From Minisyncoccia bacterium (GTDB taxonomy: Bacteria; Patescibacteriota; Minisyncoccia; Phycocordibacterales; Phycocordibacteraceae), in the NCBI GenBank assembly GCA_038912545.1, contig JBCLFD010000003.1:1-41103 (forward strand): 41,103 bases of DNA, given 5' to 3'. The notes below the pieces were generated by a model, which saw nothing but the letters and a program-made list of their open reading frames with translations, did no database searches and was not told the DNA's origin. Shown here one piece after another: positions 17,603 through 22,462 of this stretch. Within the stretch, counting starts at the first letter, position 1. Every line of letters begins with the position of its first letter. The translations under genes were made by a program, and so were the position numbers.

Positions 17603-17618
17603 AGGGACAGCCACCATT
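17603..17618. repeat. Singlet L half-site (copy G)
   Basis: aGGGACAGCCACCATT, 15/16. Confidence 0.85.
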
Positions 17619-17638
17619 TTCTGATTGCATCGCCCGAT

Positions 17639-17672
17639 AAATGTAGGGATTAATGTGGTGATTGCGAAGGAG
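17639..17672 (+). repeat. AATGTAGGG..GGTGATTGCG block, copy 2
   Basis: AAATGTAGGGATTAATGTGGTGATTGCGAAGGAG, compared with 20137-20166 CAATGTAGGGCAACGGTGATTGCGGAAGAG. Confidence 0.7.
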
Positions 17673-17686
17673 CTATAATTAATCGC

Positions 17687-18046
17687 ATGGCAAAGAAATA
17701 CGGATTTTCGGAGAATGAACTGGCGTCGGTAATGCCGAGAGATATGGAATGCGTCTACTGTGGTGAGAAAATGCTGTACCCGTATGATCTAGCTAATCGA
17801 AAAAAGTCAGCGACCTTAGAACACCTGAATCACATAAGGCCATTTTATAAGCAGTATGGCTTGCTATTATCTGGCTTAACGTATTGTTGCGGCAGTTGCA
17901 ATTCAAGTCGGGGAAAGAAGTCACTATTTGAATGGTTCGCGAAACCATACTGTAGTCCTGAAAGAAATAACATCAATCGTGCGACCGTTGCTGAGCCTGT
18001 TCGCAAATATATTGAGAGACGGATAGCAGAAGGTGCTGAGTGGTGA
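17687..18046 (+). CDS. HNH endonuclease-family protein
   Basis: CVYCGEKM..ATLEHLNHI..CCGSCNSSRG gives the Cys pairs and H-N-type core of HNH nucleases. TATAAT lies 7 nt upstream of the ATG. Confidence 0.7.
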   Translation: MAKKYGFSENELASVMPRDMECVYCGEKMLYPYDLANRKKSATLEHLNHIRPFYKQYGLLLSGLTYCCGSCNSSRGKKSLFEWFAKPYCSPERNNINRATVAEPVRKYIERRIAEGAEW

Positions 18047-18047
18047 G

Positions 18048-18371
18048 CTATTTGATATCTTCCGGCAAGCGGTCGGCGGCTTTACGCTTTGAGTAAGTCT
18101 CTGACTCTGGACAGCGGTTGATGATATTGCCCATGTGCCAGTAGGTATGGCCGGCGTAGTCGAAATAGGTCTGCACCGTGTCGTAAAACTCGGACTTGTA
18201 GCCGTTGATGTCGATATATTTGGAGAGGGCTGAGAATAGCTCTCCTTTGACCTGCTCCTCAATGATGTATTCGTGAGGCCATGTGGTTGCATAGGTTTTA
18301 GCGAATATCCATTTCTGGTTCGCGATGAATTGCTTCAATTTGTCGGGTAGCTCGAGCATTAAGCCCATCAT
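18048..18371 (-). CDS. Hypothetical protein (107 aa)
   Basis: A clean ORF convergent with the HNH gene, with a 1-nt gap. It contains a WPHEYII segment, but I cannot place the family. Confidence 0.45.
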   Translation of the reverse strand: MMGLMLELPDKLKQFIANQKWIFAKTYATTWPHEYIIEEQVKGELFSALSKYIDINGYKSEFYDTVQTYFDYAGHTYWHMGNIINRCPESETYSKRKAADRLPEDIK

Positions 18372-18418
18372 ACCTAATTTGGACTTGATGGGGCGAGCGA
18401 AAGGAGTACAGTTGGGCT

Positions 18419-18847
18419 ATGAGATTGAGTGATTTGGAAAAAGATTTAAAACAAGTAATCGACAAACCCGGTATATACCGCATTTTTTGGAAAGACGGAG
18501 AAATGCCGGAGTTTAGAACTGACATTTGTGGTGGCACGAGGAATGATCCGGTTTCGGAAGAAAAACTCAAAAACAAATGGATAAAAGGAAAAAATCTTAT
18601 TTATATTGGTCAGACAAAAAGAACTCTGAGAAAGAGAATTTACGAATTGGTAGGATACGGAATGAATCTTACGAATAACCACCGTGGAGGGCGCTATATG
18701 TGGCAAATAAAGAATATCTGGGAACATGCAACGATTGAGTTGGAGAAATGTGAGAAGTGCGAGAATCCGAAAGCAGAAGAAAAGAAGCTACTGGCGGATT
18801 TCAAGAAAAAATATGGAAAACTACCATTTGCCAATTTAATAGGATAA
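18419..18847 (+). CDS. Stand-alone GIY-YIG nuclease-domain protein 3
   Basis: KPGIYRIFW (GIY), then NLIYIGQTKRTLRKRIYEL (YIG and Arg), HRGGRY, EEKKLL and a terminal FAN. AAGGAG Shine-Dalgarno upstream. Confidence 0.65.
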   Translation: MRLSDLEKDLKQVIDKPGIYRIFWKDGEMPEFRTDICGGTRNDPVSEEKLKNKWIKGKNLIYIGQTKRTLRKRIYELVGYGMNLTNNHRGGRYMWQIKNIWEHATIELEKCEKCENPKAEEKKLLADFKKKYGKLPFANLIG

Positions 18848-18859
18848 TCGCACTACCTC

Positions 18860-19291
18860 ATGATTGAATTTGATGGACACTCTTATTTCGATGACAGACT
18901 CTACGTTTCTTATCTATGTAAAGGAACCGTGCGGATTGACCCGGACGACGGCGTTGCCACTACAACCATTTACCATGAACAGACACCTGCAGACCACATA
19001 TGGTGCGTAGTTACTCACAGAAACTGTAATCGGTACCCCATCTTCAGCATAGATAGTTTCTATAAGAAAGACAGTGCAATGTCGTATTTAAAGATAATAG
19101 AGCCAAAGACACCTTTGATTAGTCTCAATGGTAATTCACCCCACCATCCAAAAACCTATGAAGAGTATTCAGCGTGGAAAGAATCAAATAATTTGAAGGA
19201 CTATGATTATCGCTCAATTTTTACTCTCGGGGGAATAGATCCGAGAGAGATGATAATGCAAACGAAGGAGCAGTTTGATGGAATCAGATAA
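18860..19291 (+). CDS. Hypothetical protein (143 aa)
   Basis: ORF in an operon-like series, overlapping the next gene by 17 nt. No motif recognised. Confidence 0.4.
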   Translation: MIEFDGHSYFDDRLYVSYLCKGTVRIDPDDGVATTTIYHEQTPADHIWCVVTHRNCNRYPIFSIDSFYKKDSAMSYLKIIEPKTPLISLNGNSPHHPKTYEEYSAWKESNNLKDYDYRSIFTLGGIDPREMIMQTKEQFDGIR

Positions 19292-20144
19292 TACTCATGA
19301 TTCTATGAAAAGCGTCTTTATCAGCACTTCTTCGTTTGTTATTTTTATAGCGGGTTTGTATTACCTGCTGAATTTTCAACTGATTTATGCGGTTGGCTTC
19401 GGAGTTTTGTTGCTCATTCATGAGTTGGGGCATGTTTTTGCCTTAAATAAAATGGAAGGCACAATAAAAGGCGTCTATTTCTTTCCTTTTGTTGGTGCAA
19501 TTGTAACTAGTGATAAGAAGCTAAAAACTGAAAATGAATACGCTTATGTTAAATACATGGGTCCTCTCGTCGGCACACTTGGGGTTCTGGCAACGCTTTT
19601 CATTTTCTTTCTTCTAGATGACCAAAGATTTCTGCATTTAGTTTTTGTGGGGGCAATATTAAATCTGATAAACATGGTCCCGATAACATTTCTCGATGGA
19701 TACGGCGTGTTACGTGGGTCTATTAAGAATGTTGAATGGTTAGGATTCCTGATTGTCGTTATCATCGGAGCCTTTATCTTTCATCAATATATATTCACGC
19801 TCTTACTGCTCGTGATTTTTACTCTTTTTTCGGAGGTTCCGAACAAAGAGGGAACCGGCTTTCAGGTTCACGAGGTAGTGCTGACCAGCATTTTTATCCT
19901 GGCAATGATCATCCTATCGTGGGCAGATAAAGATAATTTGGTGCTAAATATTCCGCTCGTTGCTCTCTCTGTATACGTGTTTGTCGCCTATATAAGAACA
20001 ACAAAATTCAACCCGCAGAAGGTTCCTGTCATTCTTAAACTAACGCCGCTTACCAGCAGAGAGAAAGTCCTGTGGCCCGTAAGGTGGGTAGCTCTATCCC
20101 TTTTTCTGATTGTTACTGCAGTCTATTCGGCTCCGCCAATGTAG
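19275..20144 (+). CDS. Polytopic membrane metalloprotease, M50 (site-2 protease) family
   Basis: HELGH zinc motif inside a TM segment (LLLIHELGHVFAL) and a second S2P motif NLINMVPITFLDG. Several hydrophobic helices. Confidence 0.65.
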   Translation: MMESDNTHDSMKSVFISTSSFVIFIAGLYYLLNFQLIYAVGFGVLLLIHELGHVFALNKMEGTIKGVYFFPFVGAIVTSDKKLKTENEYAYVKYMGPLVGTLGVLATLFIFFLLDDQRFLHLVFVGAILNLINMVPITFLDGYGVLRGSIKNVEWLGFLIVVIIGAFIFHQYIFTLLLLVIFTLFSEVPNKEGTGFQVHEVVLTSIFILAMIILSWADKDNLVLNIPLVALSVYVFVAYIRTTKFNPQKVPVILKLTPLTSREKVLWPVRWVALSLFLIVTAVYSAPPM

Positions 20145-20166
20145 GGCAACGGTGATTGCGGAAGAG
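20137..20166 (+). repeat. AATGTAGGG..GGTGATTGCG block, copy 3
   Basis: Overlaps the M50 stop codon. See 17639-17672. Confidence 0.7.
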
Positions 20167-20180
20167 TTCTAGGGTGGAAA

Positions 20181-20229
20181 TGGGGACCCTCCTTCGCATG
20201 AAGCTACGGAAGGACAAAGCAGCCACCAT
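20181..20229. repeat. L half-site split by a 33-nt hairpin-forming insert (copy H)
   Basis: The flank GGTGGAAAT (as in copies A and B) precedes GGGGAC. The insert is CCTCCTTCGCATGAAGCTACGGAAGGACAAAGC. AGCCACCATT follows it. Confidence 0.7.
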
Positions 20230-20242
20230 TTTAGTTTTTGGG

Positions 20243-20290
20243 TGGACCGCGATTAGGCTTTTCTTCCGGTAGGACCGCGATTACGCTTTT
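20243..20290 (+). repeat. Two 20-nt direct repeats, period 28
   Basis: GGACCGCGATTAGGCTTTTC (20243-20262) and GGACCGCGATTACGCTTTTC (20271-20290), 19/20 identical. Confidence 0.85.
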
Positions 20291-20360
20291 CGGTCATTAC
20301 ATGACCAGTACACCTTGCGGATACATTCGTCGCAAAGCTCCTCAGTATGCTCGCAAGGTC

Positions 20361-20406
20361 TTCGAATCCTACACGGAAGCGTTCTTACGCTTCCTCCGCG
20401 GAGCAG
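20361..20406 (+). repeat. Inverted partial copy of the tRNA-Asn 3' end, split by a 23-nt hairpin
   Basis: TTCGAATCCTAC (20361-20372) and CCGCGGAGCAG (20396-20406) equal the sense sequence of the tRNA from T-loop through acceptor 3' strand to trailer (reverse complement of 20443-20465). Here they sit on the opposite strand. The separator is ACGGAAGCGTTCTTACGCTTCCT. Confidence 0.75.
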
Positions 20407-20412
20407 TAACGC

Positions 20413-20436
20413 AAAAATCGCCCGAAGGCGATTTTG
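20413..20436 (-). terminator. Rho-independent terminator downstream of tRNA-Asn
   Basis: The minus strand reads AAAATCGCC-TTCG-GGCGATTTTT, a 9-bp stem with a UUCG loop and a U run. Confidence 0.6.
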
Positions 20437-20445
20437 CTTGTTCTG

Positions 20446-20750
20446 CTCCGCGGGTAGGATTCGAACCTACGACCAACTCCTTACATCGTGTCCACTATTA
20501 CTAGTGGGATGGACTATATCATCACCCGTATTTACTTTCGTAAATCGAGGGTGCGAGGCGCTTCGACCTTTCGGCCTACTCCCTTGCGGGATAGTCTCTA
20601 CACCTTCAACAAGATTTCTCTTGAAGCTTGGCTCGGGATTGCCCACGCTTTCGCGTTTGGGTTTCCCCGAGTTCACCTCGTTTTTCAACCGAAGTTACCT
20701 TCGGAAGCTGCCTTCGACAGGGAGCCGCTCTACCACTGAGCTACCGCGGA
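20446..20750 (-). tRNA. tRNA-Asn(GUU) interrupted by a group I intron
   Basis: Exon 1 is 20750-20717 and exon 2 is 20483-20446. Joined, they read UCCGCGG UA GCUC AGUGGUA GAGC G GCUCC CUGUUAA GGAGU UGGUC GUAGG UUCGAAU CCUAC CCGCGGA G. This is a full cloverleaf with anticodon GUU, a U1-A72 pair and discriminator G73, as in E. coli tRNA-Asn. CCA is not encoded. Confidence 0.85.
20484..20716 (-). ncRNA. Group I intron (IC3-like, tRNA type), 233 nt, no ORF
   Basis: - The 5' exon ends in U, which pairs as U.G in a P1 helix (CUGU^C / GGCAG).
- The intron ends in G (..CACGAUG^UAA).
- The core stretch CCCGAGCCAAGCUUC..GAAGGUGUAGAGACUA closely resembles the Azoarcus/Anabaena tRNA intron core, from memory.
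- There are many GNRA-capped hairpins: CCGAAG-GUAA-CUUCGG, CGCGAAAGCG, UCCC-GCAA-GGGA, GGCC-GAAA-GGUC, AUUUAC-GAAA-GUAAAU and CCACUA-GUAA-UAGUGG. Confidence 0.8.
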
Positions 20751-20781
20751 ATGTGTGCACCTCAAATCGAGGCACTTCTGC

Positions 20782-20809
20782 ATTCTAGCTGAAAAACCAA
20801 GTATCGCAA
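20782..20809 (-). promoter_or_regulatory. Candidate sigma70-type promoter for the tRNA-Asn gene
   Basis: The minus strand has TTGCGA, a 16-nt spacer and TAGAAT, about 30 nt upstream of the mature tRNA 5' end. Confidence 0.4.
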
Positions 20810-20824
20810 TGGTAGAATACGGAT

Positions 20825-21302
20825 ATGGCACTCAAGCTCACGAGTTTTGCATTTGCTCATGATGGAAAGATACCCGCCAAGTACACGTGCGACGAAGATC
20901 GCTTTCTCTCTCCTGCGCTTACGATAAATGGCGCGCCAGGGGGGGACAAGTTCGTTTGTGCTTATTATGGACGACCCTGATGTGCCTAAGATTGTGCGAC
21001 CTGATGGTGTTTTTAATCATTGGGTTCTTTTTAATATCCCCGCAAGCATGACGGAGATAGGAGAGGGCGAAGTGGTTGGAACTGTGGGTAATAACGGCAG
21101 AGACGAGGCGCGCTACACCGGTCCCTGTCCGCCGCCGGAGTATGAGCCCAGCGAGCACCGCTATATATTTTCACTCTATGCACTTGATACGGAACTCTCA
21201 CTCTCTGTAGGCGCAACAAAAGGAGAAGTACTTTCTGCCATGCAGGGTCATATTCTCGAACAGACCGAGCTCATAGGTCTCTACAAACGAGTAGCCACTT
21301 AG
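20825..21302 (+). pseudogene. PEBP/YbhB-family protein with the reading frame broken in a G7 homopolymer
   Basis: The frame starting at ATG 20825 reads MALKLTSFAFAHDGKIPAKYTCDEDRFLSPALTINGAPGG and then stops at 20978-20980. The +1 frame continues TSSFVLIMDDPDVPK..HWVLFNIP..GPCPPP..HRYIFSLYALD to 21302. Removing one G from the run at 20939-20945 restores a canonical PEBP sequence. Confidence 0.75.
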
Positions 21303-22108
21303 CGGAAGGTGCGGAGCCAGAATCCAGTAGTTAGAATAGGGAAGTAGGTGCCTATTTTTGTCCGTTTGATTGAGAGCGCAAGTGCTTCGGTGCCAAGCGA
21401 TTTCCCGATGCGGCCTGCGAGTGTCCGCATATACGTACCGGAGGCGCAGATGACTTTCAGACGGATGATACGGAAATTCTTTTCACCCACGGTTGTAAAG
21501 AGAGATTCCCAGTGGGTGCGGATGGTATCAACACGAAAATCTTCTCCGAGTTTTTTCGACGGCTCATTCGTCCGCGGGACGAGATTAAGTAATGCAAAAA
21601 TTCTTTCTTCAAGCTCTGCACGGGAGAGGGTATAGGAACCCCTATTTGAAATGCTATAGATATGCTCCATATGTTCAGGAATTTCTATTTTTCCCAGCGT
21701 TCCCTCAAGCGCATGGAGAAACAATGGCTTACCGCCGACTGTCTTTGAAGAGAATGCGGGGTAGGGGCGTGTGTGGGCGCCACGCTCCGCGAGGAGCGCG
21801 GCGCTCATCAGGTCTTCATTCAAGAGTGTTGCAGTACCGATAGTGGGGATGCCGAGCACGTCGCCCGTATCACTTCCGACATCAAAAAGCACTTCAATTT
21901 CATATTCTTTATCGAGATTGGTATATGCGGATTGACGTTTGCACTCCTCACCAAGTAGGAGAAGTAATACACCAGAAGCCATCGGGTCGAGGCGGCCGGC
22001 GTATGAGGCACGGATGCTCGCATATGCCGGATTTCTCTCCTTCCATTTCTGTAACGCCACAAGAGGCGTCTCGCCGACCCGTTTATCAAGCACTACAAAC
22101 TTCCTCAT
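21299..22108 (-). CDS. truB: tRNA pseudouridine(55) synthase TruB
   Basis: YAGRLDPMASGVLLLLLGEECK contains the TruB catalytic Asp motif. Length and overall pattern fit. Confidence 0.8.
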   Translation of the reverse strand: MRKFVVLDKRVGETPLVALQKWKERNPAYASIRASYAGRLDPMASGVLLLLLGEECKRQSAYTNLDKEYEIEVLFDVGSDTGDVLGIPTIGTATLLNEDLMSAALLAERGAHTRPYPAFSSKTVGGKPLFLHALEGTLGKIEIPEHMEHIYSISNRGSYTLSRAELEERIFALLNLVPRTNEPSKKLGEDFRVDTIRTHWESLFTTVGEKNFRIIRLKVICASGTYMRTLAGRIGKSLGTEALALSIKRTKIGTYFPILTTGFWLRTFR

Positions 22109-22129
22109 ACCGTGTAGTATACTGGCGAT

Positions 22130-22369
22130 ATGTTAATCCTCTACATAAAAACTGGTTGTTCGTTTTGCCACAAGGTGCTCGATGCAGGACGCGAGCTCGG
22201 CATCTCGTTTGAAGAAAAAAATATCGCGGACGACGCGGTTGCCGACGAGCTGATCAAGCGAGGCGGGAAGCAGCAGGTGCCGTATCTGGTAGATAGCGAG
22301 CGCGGTGTGGAGATGTATGAATCGGACGTTATCGTTGCGTACCTACAAGAGCATCATTTCAAACACTAA
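22130..22369 (+). CDS. Glutaredoxin-like small thioredoxin-fold protein
   Basis: 79 aa with a CSFC active-site motif after the first beta strand (LYIKTGCSFCHKV) and QVPYL further downstream. Confidence 0.65.
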   Translation: MLILYIKTGCSFCHKVLDAGRELGISFEEKNIADDAVADELIKRGGKQQVPYLVDSERGVEMYESDVIVAYLQEHHFKH

Positions 22370-22462
22370 TATTTCTTACCATGAATCCCGTTAGAAATAA
22401 ATACCATATGCACAAAGTGGTAAGATTTATAGGACGCGCTATTAGCACTAATTTCTAACGGG

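Noticed and set aside
8242-20166. AATGTAGGG blocks as decayed copies of the tRNA T-arm (GGTAGGATTCGAA), i.e. direct-repeat att sites
   Set aside because: The shared GTAGG(G)A(T)T is too short and gapped. Unlike the 12+11-nt inverted copy at 20361-20406, it does not exceed what chance could give.
8100-20200. Prophage
   Set aside because: There are no capsid, terminase, portal, tail, lysis or integrase genes. The content is nucleases, methyltransferases and a helicase only.
188-20229. CRISPR array formed by the recurring 16-mers
   Set aside because: The copies occur in both orientations as inverted pairs, kilobases apart. There is no regular spacer periodicity and no cas genes.
188-20229. Classical integron (attC sites separating cassettes)
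   Set aside because: There is no IntI-type integrase or attI in the window. Several sites are isolated half-sites rather than complete attC hairpins. The blocks are multi-gene operons with their own promoters. The resemblance is kept only as a loose analogy.
20238-20788. ORFs 20238..20504, 20315..20788, 20467..20688 and 20488..20739, including the idea of an intron-encoded homing endonuclease
   Set aside because: All overlap the tRNA exons, the group I intron or the terminator, mostly on the wrong strand. The peptides are low-complexity with no LAGLIDADG, GIY-YIG or HNH motif. The intron sense strand has no ORF.
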